A stretch of DNA of 62,123 bases, the filler included, from Choristocarpus tenellus KU-1152 (lineage: Eukaryota > Protista > Phaeophyceae): NCBI GenBank assembly GCA_964200185.2. It is 10 parts of 10 records of this genome, joined end to end, with 100 filler letters (N's around TTAATTAATTAA, not from the genome) between each part and the next. Parts side by side here need not be neighbours in the genome. Positions count along the whole stretch, not along the records: positions 12,562 to 20,286 come from CAXNAD020005681.1; positions 20,387 to 23,078 come from CAXNAD020025612.1; positions 23,179 to 26,072 come from CAXNAD020023848.1; positions 26,173 to 32,076 come from CAXNAD020009457.1; 6 more parts are not named here. One strand, given 5' to 3'. Positions 13,399-26,453 of this stretch are shown in pieces (positions within the stretch are counted from its first letter, which is position 1; each line of letters begins with the position of its first letter). A model generated the notes under the pieces. That model was not told the origin of the DNA. It made no database searches and worked only from the letters and a program-made list of their open reading frames with translations. Position numbers and translations under genes: made by a program.

Positions 13399-16300
13399 CG
13401 GAGTGAAAGGCGGTTCTGTGCCTGTGCCTTGAAAGATGCCATTTCCGTATTGGCCACCTCATTCAACTTGCTCAGTCTCTCGCTCTCCTAATAAGTAATT
13501 TTCACACCAATTGATGCGATCAACACGTCACGTACGCAGCATGCAGGGGATGGGGAGGGGGAGAAAGAGAGGTAAGCTTCACAGATGTGAAAAAAGGCAA
13601 CAAACCTGCACGTAGAAATCCTTCATAAAACACTCAAACTATAGGAATGAGGAGATGGTACTATGCCCCTCACCAAGCCAGCAAAACAAACACATTTGTT
13701 ATCGAATTACTCTTAACAACACAATGGTGAGATTGGATCATAATCAACACCACAAGTCATAGAGCTTCCTTGCACAGTCCCAGTCATGGTCAACATATCA
13801 TAGAGAGAGTTTTGGTGTCACAAAATAGGCAATATCATCGCCATGCATTACCAATAATTTCCTCTGCCGTCTTACCAAGCCGGAGAATCAAAACACATAC
13901 ACAAATTAATCTTCTTGTGGTTGTAAGGTATACTTCATGACTAGGGAGGTAGCAATGGCAATTATGGTTACTTTAAGGAGCAGGTACTACTCACCTCATT
14001 CTCTGCAAACAAGAATTCTCTTCTTTTTATTTTATTGTGCACAAAACATTGCCATTTTTTTCTCAAAGCATTTATCTCCAGTCCACAAACATACACTACT
14101 ATACCGTATCAATCCCTTGTATACCGTTTGAAATACTTTGAACCTGAGATACACTCACTATGAATCACTACATTGTATGCAATACAGTAATTTTCTTCTG
14201 ATTGACAGGGTGTATAAAATAAATGTCAAATACTGACTCTTGGCATCCACAAAGATTTGTGTATATTTGCCATAGCTGTAGAACATTGCAATGATACTTG
14301 AGCCTCTTCAAAACGTTTCCCAAATCGTACTTCAACCCCTCATTTGGTACTAGGGAGGATGAGGAGGTAGATACACTGCAGCACTACAACTAATCCAAAG
14401 GAAGCACCAAATTGTAGCACCATGGTTTTTCACACCTCTAATAGGCGTATGTTCTGCGCCTTTGACTCAGCATATGCAGCCACGGTGGCATTAAGCTCAG
14501 TCCCAAGCGCTTCCTCTGTCATCTTGGATGCTGCTAGCTGTCGAGCAGTGTCTGCCATCTTCATCTGTAAGAAATAAATAGTCAAGTCGCAATACAACAG
14601 TAGTACATTCAAACACATTTAGTGTCGCAAGCTACGGAGATATAGGAGTAAGAACCAACATAATGTTACAAGGTGTTGCAGAGAGTATAGGTAGATGTCA
14701 AGGTACCTCTTTACTGACGTAACTTGACACAATGGTATTTTAACACTGGGAAGAATGTCGTGATTGGATGACAGTATCCTATCTTAGGCTGGTTACCTAC
14801 CTGTACAGATAGATCTACGAGTAACTGTAAAGTTCAGCTATCCATAGTGGCACTCACCCTCTCTTGATCTTTCCCCCCAACAACTACAAGGACAACACGC
14901 AACCTCCTACAACATGATCTACATCCCCCAACACAGGTTGCTTATCTTAGGAGGTGAGGAAGTGCACGCCCTTTACCACTTCTACTGAAAACTATCTTCA
15001 AGTATTCTTGCAGCTATTTCAAGACTATCAACGAAAGGTACCAAAGGGGATGTGCATGGAATGGTCAACTTCAAAATTAAGAATTCAAAATTAAGACCGC
15101 AATCAATGCAGGAGGGTAGAAGAAGAAAAAACCCCCATCAGAGTGAAGGATCCAAGTAAATTTCAAGCAGTTTTGATGAGGGAGGGGAGAAGTGTAGAGG
15201 CACACAGGCAGTGAAGAGTGGAGGTCACTGACAACTACTACGGTGAAAGATAGCATAGTTAGTAAGTATAGTAAGTACAGTATCTCAGGCGTAACCTCCA
15301 CCCGCATCTCCTCCTAAGACTATCAGCCAGGAGAACAAAAAAGGCACAGATACAAATTAGAGTAGGTAATAACAAAAATAATCATGAGATGGTGTTAAGA
15401 TAGTTCAAACAGTTCATGGAGCAAGGGAGGAAAACCCTATTACTATATGCATTCCATATAGTATAAAGAAATCGATATGATCTGTCTAGCCCTTGCAAAC
15501 AGAACTGACTGTGCCCTCTTCCTCCCCCTCCTCCATGTCCCCCTTTGTACCTATCAAAGAAGTATACCGTGAGAATCCAATCTTTCCATTTTTTGAAGTC
15601 CAGGGTGACTCCTCTCAACTACCCAGGAGGGAAAATCACTTACGTCTGAGGAAGCAAAATACAAGTGGGTATACAAAGTACCAGAACACCACTCACCCTC
15701 AGGGGCTCGTTAGAATCTTCCCTTCCTCCAATGATCCTGTCGAGACGAGTTCTGTCCTTAACTGCCTTCCAACACAATAGAACAAACAGTATACCAACAT
15801 GCACCGGGACAGAACGCGAAAATTTCAAAATGAGAAAATAATCGCATAGCAGAGTTAAGGGGTTGTAGCAAAAGTGGAGGTAAGGGGGGGGGGGGGGGGG
15901 GGGGGGAGGGGAGGGGAGGATGGAAATAAAAACATATGAGAGAAGTTGTCATCCAAACCACACTTGTACTTGTCACAGATCCCTTGATGGGAGTCCAAAC
16001 CATTTATCAAAATAAGCAATTTCATTACTTGCCCTCAAAACATAAAGCAGACATGTTCCTGACATGCAGTAGCCACAAGTTATCTGAATATCTCATGAGC
16101 TAAGTGACAAAGTTGTGACCCTCTCTGTCCACCACCCCCCACAAGGATACCTGTACCTGCATGGAAGGCTTGCAGTGAACTATCACCCCAAGGCACAAGA
16201 ACTCTCACTGCAAACACAGTGAAATCATCTGCAAACTACAATCACATACTGTGAAGACGAGTATGTACACACACCGTACATAAAAACACCAATACAGCAC

Positions 16301-19300
16301 CCCCCCCCCCCCCCGCCCATCCCCCCCCCCCCCCACCCCCNNNNNNNNNNCCACAAAACAACAACACAAACTCGGAAAAGCGAAATGTAACCCCCCCCCA
16401 AAAAAAAAACCCCCAACCCCCCCCCCCCCCCCCCCCCACCCCTGATGCACCTGCTGTTCAGCTTCCTGCAGTTGCCTTTTTACTCTCTTGAGTGATTCTC
16501 GAAGACGTCCCGCCTCCTCATTGGATTGGCGTACCAAGACTTTGTACTCATCGCGCTGGAAAATAATAATAATGAAAAATAATAATGAGTGAGTTCAGAG
16601 GAGGTGTGTCCATTCTACAGTGACCAATCATATTATTGCTAGTATTTCACACTTTTTTTTTTTTCAAATCAAGCAAGGCTATTTTTCCTGGGCACCTGAC
16701 TAGTTCAGGAAACACCCTATTTCAGCCTACCAAAAAAAGGAGGGTCTATGGAACAGTATGATGTTACAAAGGCACTTATTAATGGTATAAGCCATATCCC
16801 TAATGGTGTAAGCCATACCACTAATGGTATAAGTCATGCACCAAAATAAATAAATAGATAAGGTTCTTGCACACTTACAAGACTAACATATTCTGGTGTA
16901 CCAATGTACACCAAGCATGTCAACTACAGATCACATCCTCACCAAGGGAAGGTCTTTGGGATGAAGGAGACTCAATCGCTGTGTTGTGCATGGGAATCAC
17001 ACCTAACTTCTATCAACATCTTCACCCTTTCCTGCTCATATTTGTCTACCTCCCCCTGAACCTATCACCTCTTCCTCCTTCCCGGTGTCTTGCACCCTCA
17101 GATCCCTCACCTCTTTGACAGCAAATTCTATATGCTGTATCTGCCTCAATGCCTTTTCAAGGTGCCTATCCTTCTCATCTGCCTCCTCTTGAACCTGTGA
17201 TGGACCAATGCCAACAGTTTCACAAGCATCAACAGTGCTCATCACATCATGTATTTAGAGCATGCTGCACATGGATTGTAAGATATCTTGTTGAAGTGTT
17301 ACTTCTTGTTTATGTTCCATACTCAAATGGATGGGAACTGAATGGAATGGCCATTGGACAATCAAAAACAATATTAATAGCCACTGTGCCAAAAAGGGGA
17401 TGAGCATGATAATACACCCCTGGTCAGCACTAGGAAGGTGAAGAGAGTGTTGATAGATCGATTGATGTAGTTTTTGTTTGGGTATGGGGTGGACATGAGT
17501 TAGAGCATTGTTTGACACCGTCAGAGCGAATATACTATCTGAAAAGCCTACTGGGGGAGAAGGGGGAAGAGAGGGGACTTTCAAAGCATTCACACCCAGA
17601 ATCATTAGTAAGTCAACAAGCAGTAACTATAGGAGAAGAAATATTACACATGTTACAAGAAAAAGAACGAAGCGTTCAGTGTATTCACCTGTTCATCTCT
17701 ATTAGGTACTTGAGAGTAGTGCACATCACACAAAGGACAATCACCTTCCAACTGCAACCAATGCGCACACCTACTATACACATATATTTCCTCTGAGATC
17801 AACACATATCTATATCCTGCCCGCATAACACCTACTCAAACAATCACATCTCTCTACACTAATGATAAAAGAAAAACAAAATAATACCCACATCTCTCAA
17901 GATAGTGTGAGATTCCTCCACCACTGGCTCCCAACGCAGTCGCTGGGAGTGCAACTCACGGGGAAGAGACAGGTCCAGCTGCTGAACCTATCAGAATAGC
18001 ACAGATACAACAGAGTAAGGTAGGGAGGGTTAGGGTGGGGACTAATAACAAATCTCATATTGCATGCTGTCACACACCTTACAAAGTGCAACCACACACC
18101 CCATGCCAGCGCAGTATCATTCAATCAAGAGTGAAAATCCACAACAAACTTAAGAGTGCAACACATTTTTACCAAACAACACTGCATTCACAAGCCCTCA
18201 CACTCAGTAAGGACATCACAGCAAACATGCTGAAATTTTTTTCCACATGAGCCAACTGCACCAAAAAAGTAGAAACATCTGCTTCTACACTATTGGAAGG
18301 ATCACAATCTAACCTTCCCCCATCCTTGATAGCACAGTTTTGTTCCTTCCTCAAAGTTCTATGGGTCTGATACTCTTTACTGCATGATGTGTGTACCAAG
18401 CACACATTTTAACAAGTCAACTCCAGGTGAGGTATAAAATGTTTTATCATACCCAGATATCTATGCATATCAGCTTTATCAACAATCGGTTGGCCAACAC
18501 TTAACAAAAACACTCCCTTCCAACCTGATATTTTGACGACTCAACCTCTTATCATTCTCATCTCTCATGATTCAACATCCCATTCTTTCCATGCCTCTTA
18601 AAAAACCAACATATCTGCTGTCACATTATTCACCAACTATTAATACCGTAAAAGAGCAGTATCATACTAGAGACTAGACTACCAACACCACATCTATTCC
18701 AACAACTACATGTGTATGTGCCCATCACGCCTCAACTCCAAAATGAACAAAGCATGCTATTGACTGGCTCTATTCACACCTTTTCTACAGATTTAGCCAG
18801 CTGACCCTCCAGTTCTTGGACTCGACTCTTCTCCATCTTGAGCATGTCTTGCTCTGCCTCCAGCTGTGTGGACAGCTGCAATGATGAACAACAGCATATA
18901 TTCCAGACAAACACAATGAGTAGCATGATACAACACCCAAGTGCTACAAAGCAATCAATTACTTAGCAATAAAAATCGCTCTGACCAGAACGTGAAGGTG
19001 ATCATGGTAGTGGTGGCAGGTAAATGCTTGGGTCCATTACACTCATTATGTCCACTAACATTTTGCAGTTGTTGCCATGGAGAGAACAAGAACAAGAACT
19101 TAAGGTTAATACAACAACCATGACATCAACAATTGAGTCTCTGTGTTGCCTACAGTTAAGGCTTTCTAATAAGCCAATCAGAGTAGTTGTATTGTGTTTA
19201 AAAAAAAGAAAAAAATACAGTTGAAACTTCAACATAGCAGTTTAACATTGACTACACTACAGTATAATTGCAATTTACTCAAGAAGGTCACTCTTGTCCA

Positions 19301-20043
19301 CGTGTCATGACTAAGAAATACTACGAACAGCTTACTGTCATCACAATCATCTACCCCGCCTTGATCAAAATCTTACAGTTTCAAAACTATTTACAAGAAC
19401 TGTGCCCCTGACATCAAAAAGAGAAGAACCTGCTAATGTCAATACCAATACATAAAAGATAACAAAACAATATAATAGGAATGTACTTGTTCTTGCCAAC
19501 ATTAACAATCTAGAGTTGACTGATAATACCAATAACGTACAGAGTACCTCTTATTGTCAATATAAACTAAATACTTCAAAGCACATTAAAGTACAAACAC
19601 AAAATGACCATTTCATTTAGAATTCTAACACGAATATTGTGTAGAATTAGTACCATCAATAATACACTAGCATAGTCCAACCAGACTGTCAGAGTAATCT
19701 CTCCCCTCCTCCACCTTCATCCTCAAACTGTGTATCACTGTAGTCATATACATCCATCCACAGGTATTGTAATCATTCTTATCCTCACATCAAAACCACC
19801 CTCAGGACAAGGGTGCACAAAGCACAACGGGGTAAAATGCTCCTAACAGACCTCTCCCTCCCATCCTCTCCAACTCTGAGGGTGATGACTCAAGTTCCAT
19901 TCAAAGCAGCGCTGGAACCCACCTTCTTGAACTGAGGGTGCGAGCAAATGTCTGTCCCCTCAAGATCGCTCTTGGCAGCCTGCCTTGTCATCTCTTTCAC
20001 CAGCTCTGCCTTCTCAGCACGCAATGCCTCTGCCTCCCTCAAC
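13399..20043 (-). CDS. BRE1: E3 ubiquitin ligase BRE1/HUB1 (RNF20/40)-like coiled-coil region, internal fragment
   Basis: GT-AG exons 20043-19923, 18875-18780, 17987-17892, 17194-17111, 16555-16451, 15765-15697, 14564-14436 and 13487-13399, phase compatible; small extra exons near 15310 and 14870 are possible. EEALGTELNATVAAYAESKAQNIRLLE resembles the RNF20/40 segment [27 protein letters not shown] (from memory). The RING domain is not in this contig. Confidence 0.65.
16780..16842. repeat. 21-bp tandem repeat x3 (TAATGGTATAAGCCATATCCC-like), intronic
   Basis: Three imperfect adjacent copies. Confidence 0.85.
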
Positions 20044-20443
20044 CTGTTAAAAGGGACAAGGTCAACCTTTTTGACAACTTGAGGCTACATTAGTAGCTTC
20101 AATTCATTGAGGGCAAGGGATATCAACCCACATTGGTGCGAAAGAATAAGCAAAAACTCTCCTGACCAAGATTCTTATGCATCAAACAAATACCCAAGGT
20201 TTTTGGGAGATGCAACTCATGTCCATTATATACTTTTTACACAAACGACCCCCCCACCCCCCCCCCCCCCCGACACCCCCCCCCCCNNNNNNNNNNNNNN
20301 NNNNNNNNNNNNNNNNNNNNNNNNNNNNNNTTAATTAATTAANNNNNNNNNNNNNNNNNNNNNNNNNNNNNNNNNNNNNNNNNNNNCCCCCCTCACCTCC
20401 ACCTGGGGGTGACTGTTTTCTTGTTGTTCCATGTGTCCCTCAG

Positions 20444-21950
20444 ATGATGCGCCCCCAGATTCAGAATGACTTTGCTTCCTACAGGCGCCTCCTCCCAAAG
20501 GTGAAGGATGACTTGGACAGGGAGGGGATGCCAGATCTACCTATTCTCGATACGGAAGCAAATGCCGTTTCTATGTTCATAGCAGAGGTGTGCAACTTCG
20601 CTCTCACCACCCCCCCGTGTGCATATGCCTCCAGCAAGACCTGCCTCATGCATAGAGTTTTGTGTAGACAGCTCACACCGTGCCATGAAGAGTGCCGTCT
20701 TTGAAGGTCTTTGAAGGTCTTTGCCTTCTCCTCTGACTCCCTGATGCAGTCTTGATGGTGTTGTGTGACCACTGGACAAGAGGAGGTACTTGCCAAGACT
20801 TGAGAACCGTGATAGCATCCATGTTTTCCTTTGGATTATGAAGCTTCCATTTTTTTATAGGTTTGGAAGTTCTTAGTATTTTCAACACTGCCCTTTATCC
20901 CAACCCCCCCCCCCCCACCCCCCACCTACACCCCTCTCCCTCCCATGCTGTGCTTGCATAGAATGTACCTTTTACAGTGATGCTTGCCAAGGTTATTAGC
21001 TCGATGGCTGAGTGGGAACCCCGTGTGGTCCAAGTGATAGCAATAGTAGCAAACATGTGCTGTGGGATGGTGCACCGGGGGAACTACAGGTGCGACATGT
21101 TTGTAGAGGTGTTCATGTTTACCAGTGTGGGTTATAGACTTGATTTTGATGTACATTGTGTGAAGGTTTGGATATTTTTTCTATCATCACTGTTGGTCTT
21201 GTGGGTCAAGTGTTTTTGGTCCACCTTCATCTCTTCTTCTTATTCAACTGTGCACTGTCTTGACAGGGACTGTGTCTTAGTTTGGTGGAGTCTTGTGTTA
21301 TGTTAGTTTTTCATGCTGCGTTGAATGTTTCTGTGTAAGAGGTGGTGTATTGTAGTGCCCATTTTGTTCATGTCCAGTAGAGCCATGCTAAAGGCTGCGA
21401 AATGACTCCAAGTTAGGCCCCCAGTGAGGCAGATCATCTCACCGTTGTAGTGAATGCTAGATGGACAACGTGCAGGTCTTTCCACAAAGATAGGGCACCG
21501 TTTTATATGGAATGTTAGCTGTCAAACTGATTCAAACCAAATTAGATGGGTGTGCCCCTTAGCCTGCTTCAACGTGACATCATCGTAAGGTCATCCCCCC
21601 CCCCCCTTCCTGAGCGAGGAGTCTAGTAAGGGATCCTTTGTTGTGAGTACAAATCATCGGCCACTTGCAGAGCCTCGTCTCTTTGTTGTTCATAACATTT
21701 CCTAGTCACTCTTCTCACTGCCTAATGTTTTTCTAAAATAGTCGTTCAGGACTATTTTGTATTCCCTTGCCATGGATACCCGACTACGCACGCCTCTTTC
21801 TCTCTATGTTCACCTATGGCTATGTTTTTTTTTATTATTATCAGTGACAAGGAAACAGAAAGACGATTGCTCATGTCCATGACAAGCGCGGTGGTGCTGT
21901 ATGATCGAATCACAGATACAGGGGTGTTTGTAAGGCATTCAAGCGTAGGG
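20444..21950 (+). CDS. CYRI: CYRI/FAM49 (CYFIP-related Rac1 interactor), internal fragment
   Basis: Exons 20444-20587, 20962-21089 and 21845-21950 are in phase. MMRPQIQNDFASYRR, ANAVSMFIAE and MTSAVVLYDRITDTGVF match the FAM49 motifs IQNDFSYYRR, ANRMSLFYAE and MVGVIILYDHVHPVGAF. Confidence 0.88.
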
Positions 21951-23007
21951 GTGAGTGGGCACAAAGGCGTATGGAAAAGAGAGTTGTTTTTTTTAAGGGG
22001 GGGGGAGGGGGGTTGCTTCTGTATCTTTTTGTTGTGTATTGTGCTGTTGTATTGTGCTGTGTTTGTAAGTTGTCTTTTTTTTTCAGGCGATGCAGCTCGT
22101 TATCAAATGGGCTTGTTGGGTGTAGCAGTGCCCTGTTTGTTTGGTACTGTGCAGGGATTGTAAGTTTTGTTTTAGATAGCTATCTTGGACAATTTTTTCA
22201 GATTAGTTTGTGCATCTTAATGTTCTTCATGAGCACAGAGGAAGCTGGTCTTGCTTTGTGACAGGGGCGGTGCATTGGTGCTGGAGTAGTCAAAACTTTG
22301 TTCAAGGTTTGTGTGCAATGGTATGGATGGCCTAAGACCATCCGAAACAAGTGTTTTGTGTTGTACATTCAAGCAGTCTAGGAAGGCAAGAATGTTCTTA
22401 CACCTGTGCTTAAGGTTCTTGCCTAAGGATATCAGACAGTGCTCATTTCACCAACTGTTGTTATTTGGGACTGATAGGCACCACTGTTGGAGATTTCCCT
22501 CATCCCCATAGAGAGTCATTATGAAGTGTAAGTGAAGGTTTCTTTCATGTACTTCATGCCCAAGGTTTACAGACGTTATTGTAGTGTCTATATTATTATA
22601 AATACCCATGGACTGGGCCCTTCTGTCTACTTACTACTATCTAGTGTGATTGTTACATTTGTAGAATATTGTTAAGGTGGTGTTAGCGAGGAGGCGGTGG
22701 TGGTGGTGGTACCTGAAAGGGTATCTCTATGTTGAGAAGGAGACTGTAGTTGTGGATGCTCTGCCTTCTTGAAGTGAAGGAGATGTAGGAACTAGGCCAT
22801 TTTAACTGATATTCATCAAAGCCTTGGGGAATTTGGTTGTGCCTTCTTGATGAGGTAGTCCTTTGAACTCCCCAGTATGCTGGATTTTTCTGCTGTTGCA
22901 ATATGATCAAAGTCCTCGTGTAGGACCTGGTCTACACTTTTACTTGGTACTTTGTCAAGGTGTTTTATTGCTAATTTCCATCGGTTTGTGCTCTCATGTC
23001 TCAGTTT

Positions 23008-23078
23008 GGCTCAAAGTATCTGGGAGGGGGTAGTGGCTGTCCATTTGGGGTCAATTTTTTCATGTCGCGATTTTGGGG
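23008..23078 (+). mobile_element. MITE family B, left part (truncated by contig end)
   Basis: GGCTCAAAGTATCTGGG...GCTGTCCATTTGGGGTC, homologous to 37211 and 42272. Confidence 0.85.
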
Positions 23079-23178
23079 NNNNNNNNNNNNNNNNNNNNNN
23101 NNNNNNNNNNNNNNNNNNNNNNTTAATTAATTAANNNNNNNNNNNNNNNNNNNNNNNNNNNNNNNNNNNNNNNNNNNN

Positions 23179-23799
23179 CGACAGACACCACAGGGTTGGT
23201 GGGTGGGGCGGGGGGGGCGGTGCGGGTCTCAGGCAACACCGTCGACAAAACAAACAAGGACGCTTTTTATTGTTCGTCTGTGGTTAACTACACATACATG
23301 CTACATGATCACCCGAAAGTCAATACTTTGGTTGACAAGGTTCCTAAACGCGGGATAACTATCTCAACTTAGGTTGAATAGCAGGACACAGAGAGATTTC
23401 ACAACAGCTGTAATCCAACTAGAGGAGGAGTAGAGCGCCACCATCCCACCAACGTTGACTATGCAAAAGAGCACTCTTCCAATAGAGTCTTTGCTTTAAG
23501 TTGTATGGATTTATTTCTTAGCCGAGTGAGCACAGCCCTTGGTGGTGGGGTGCTCTTCCTTATATTATTATCTATTGCGCACGTCATCAGGCACGTCAAA
23601 ATGTGTCCGTGTCAGTCGTACTACGTCAACCACTTATATTGAACAAGATAAGAAGTCAATCCATCGAAACTCGAACCTGCGACTCGAAGCACACCAAATC
23701 AAATCCTTGACCCTTACTCTACTCGGTCAATACTTCTGTTGTGTTCCATTGTTCACTAAATATATAACTCCCTATAGACTGCCTAGCCTATATTGCACA
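23179..23799 (-). mobile_element. Probable 3' LTR of the adjacent Copia element (runs to the contig end)
   Basis: On the minus strand the polypurine tract GGGGGAG (23806-23800) is followed directly by TGTGCAA. AATAAA lies at 23271-23266. No second LTR is available to confirm the boundary. Confidence 0.55.
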
Positions 23800-23837
23800 C
23801 TCCCCCATGAGCGTGCAGCAAAGTTGCTGACTAAAGC

Positions 23838-25350
23838 TCACTGTCGACGTGAAAGTACTGAATGCACAAAATCAGAAATAAAACTCTTGCGTGAAGACTT
23901 GGTTAACACGTCTGCCATTTGCTTGCATGTTGGAATATACTCGATGTGAAATATGCCTTTATCTACATACTCTCTGGTACACTTCAACTTCATATCTACG
24001 TGCTTAGTCCTGCCATTGAAACCTGTGATGCTTCCCGCCTGAATAGCAGCACGGTTGTCACAGAACCAGGGAGTCTGGTCCTGTAGTGTGCCTATCTCCC
24101 CCATGCCTCTAATAAAAATGCAATGGCGCATGCCATATGCCATTGCTGTCCATTCTGCCTCTGAGCTGGAGAGGGTGACTGCGCCTTGAACTTTGGAGCG
24201 CCAGGGCAATCGGCGACGTGCTGAACAGTAGCAAGTAGCCTGTGACACTTCTGCGTGTTTGGGAGTCTGTGCCCCAGTCAGAATATCCATAACCCACCAG
24301 GAGTTCTTCGTCCCTCTCGTTCATATCTTTATCCGCTCGATCATAATGAATGCAGACATCCAATGTCCCTGCTACGTAGCGCAGAACGTGCTGTAGACTG
24401 CGCCAGTGTCGCATGCATGGAGATGCTGCTCTACGCCCCAGTTCACGTATACTGTTAGCCAGATCGGGTCGAGTCATGCCTGCTAAGAACATAAGTTTCC
24501 CAAGAATACTGGCATAGGGGTATATGATGGGATCTAGCTCCTACTCATGATCTTGTTTAGCAGAGAGGTCCATGCCGGGGTCCAGTGGTGTTGATGTCTT
24601 TCGTACTTCTAAAGTGCCCATCCCAGCCATAACAATGCTTTTAGCGTACATTTGTTGATCCAAGGTGATTCCATCTTCACCCACAGTGATGCCCACCCCA
24701 ATCAGCTTGTCTGGTGTACCTAGGTCCCGCCCCTCGTACGTTTCGAGCAGTGATGCCCTCATCCTCTGGATTTCTTCTGTGAAGTCCCCAGTGGTGAAAG
24801 TGTCGTCCACATAGGTCGTGAGAATGGCAATGCGTCCATCTTCACTCTTCTTGAAGTAGAGGCACTCGTCATGTTGGCTGCTTGTCCATCCTTCTGATAT
24901 AATGGTATTGCGTAGTTTATGGTACCATTCCATTGCTGACTGCTTCAACCCATAAATTGCCTTCTCGGCCTTGATAGCGCAGCCATCAGGAAGCTCCAAC
25001 CAGATGTCCTCCTGCAGATCAGCGTTGAGGTAGGCCTGTGTAAAGTCCAGGGCGTCTATGCTCCAACCTCTCTACGCTACAACTGATATGATGCATCGTA
25101 GTGTGTCATATCCCACCACCGGGCTGAAGGTTTCAAAGAAGTCCACTCCTGCATTTTGGGTGAACCAACGGGCCACAAGTCTAGCCTTATATCTTTCCAC
25201 TGACCCGTCTGCTGAGGGCTTGATCTTGAAGACAAATCGTGTCTAGATAGCTTTCCTCCCTTGGGGCATTCGTGAAACCTCACTCCTGGCTACAAAGTAA
25301 CATTCATGCTTCCATACCGTTGATGTTCTCGTGCTCATGGATTCCACCTT
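23838..25350 (-). mobile_element. Ty1/Copia retrotransposon RT-RNase H, decayed and 5' truncated
   Basis: Motifs FVFKIK, RYKARLVA, ETFSPV, LDFTQAYLNA, KAIYGLKQS, TTYVDD, TRPDLA, SSSEAEW, CDNRAAI, RTKHVD and QMADVLTK; several stops and frameshifts. Confidence 0.96.
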
Positions 25351-25351
25351 C

Positions 25352-25891
25352 GCAGACGATGAAGCCGTTCAGAGAGCGAAACACAAGCAAAGCGAGTCTG
25401 TGCGGCTTATCAAAAAGACAGGGGAACGAGAGTTCGACCTCCCAGTCCATTGGCTTCCCACCGATGACGATGGTGCTGGAACTGATGCCAGCGACGTCGA
25501 AGACACCGACCAGGGCGAACGTTCGGGTGGAGGAGATAATCTCGTCAGCGGTGACAATGATCTCGGTGGGCTCGAGAAAACAGACTCTTCCTCATCGGAC
25601 AGTGACAAGGAAGAAGCTGGCTCCCGTCGACAGGGTTGGCCTCATGCTACCTTGACATCGGCGATCCATGGAAACCTCGGCTCCGTGCAGGAAGGCAGAT
25701 TTGCCTTTTTTGTAGCAACAGAGGCGCCACTCTTGGTCGGCAAGATCCTAGCGGAGCGGGTCGGCGAGGACGGGGAGCGTGGGGTGGATCTTCACTTGCT
25801 TCGGCCGACCAGTGACCACACACGTGACAGCGCCGCGTGTATGACCCTCGAGAAGTACGGCAAAAGTAGAAGGCTACATACACGCTGGTGA
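25352..25891 (+). pseudogene. Intronless GC-rich ORF fragment (acidic linker plus small beta-rich domain), probably TE-derived
   Basis: About 180 open codons abutting the truncated Copia RT on the opposite strand, with no start or splice acceptor. Family not recognised with certainty. Confidence 0.4.
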
Positions 25892-26172
25892 TAGATCGGG
25901 GCAAACTGGGAAACAGAAGCGGGTTAAAGACATAAGCTGGGAACCTGTGGCGAGCATTGTTTCGACTTGCGAGAAACTTGTTGGGAACGGCAAAAAGGTT
26001 CCTACCAACGTCTTGACAGTTCTACAGTCTGCTATAGAGGCGAGGGAAAGGGGGGGTTTTGTGGGAGAAGGANNNNNNNNNNNNNNNNNNNNNNNNNNNN
26101 NNNNNNNNNNNNNNNNTTAATTAATTAANNNNNNNNNNNNNNNNNNNNNNNNNNNNNNNNNNNNNNNNNNNN

Positions 26173-26280
26173 CATTGAGGATGGGCTTGACCCAAAATTG
26201 ACTGGGAGAAAGTATCGACATATTTTTTTTTGTAATGAGCCCATCCTCAATGAAAAGCTCCATCCTCAATTTTTGAAATC
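26173..26280 (+). mobile_element. MITE family C, centre and right TIR
   Basis: Local inverted repeat CATTGAGGATGGGCT...AGCCCATCCTCAATG. The first 31 nt are identical to the end of the contig finishing at 12461. Confidence 0.75.
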
Positions 26281-26376
26281 TGCTGTTCTATAGGTTGATC
26301 TGTGTGTTACACTCTTCCAATGGGATGCAGTCTCCCATATGGTATACTATTCTATACTTTAATTTGCTCTATTATT

Positions 26377-26453
26377 TTATACTATACTATACTATACTAT
26401 ACTATACTATACTATAACTATACTATACTATACTATACTATACTATACTATAC
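26377..26453. repeat. (ATACT)n pentanucleotide microsatellite
   Basis: Seen directly. Confidence 0.95.
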
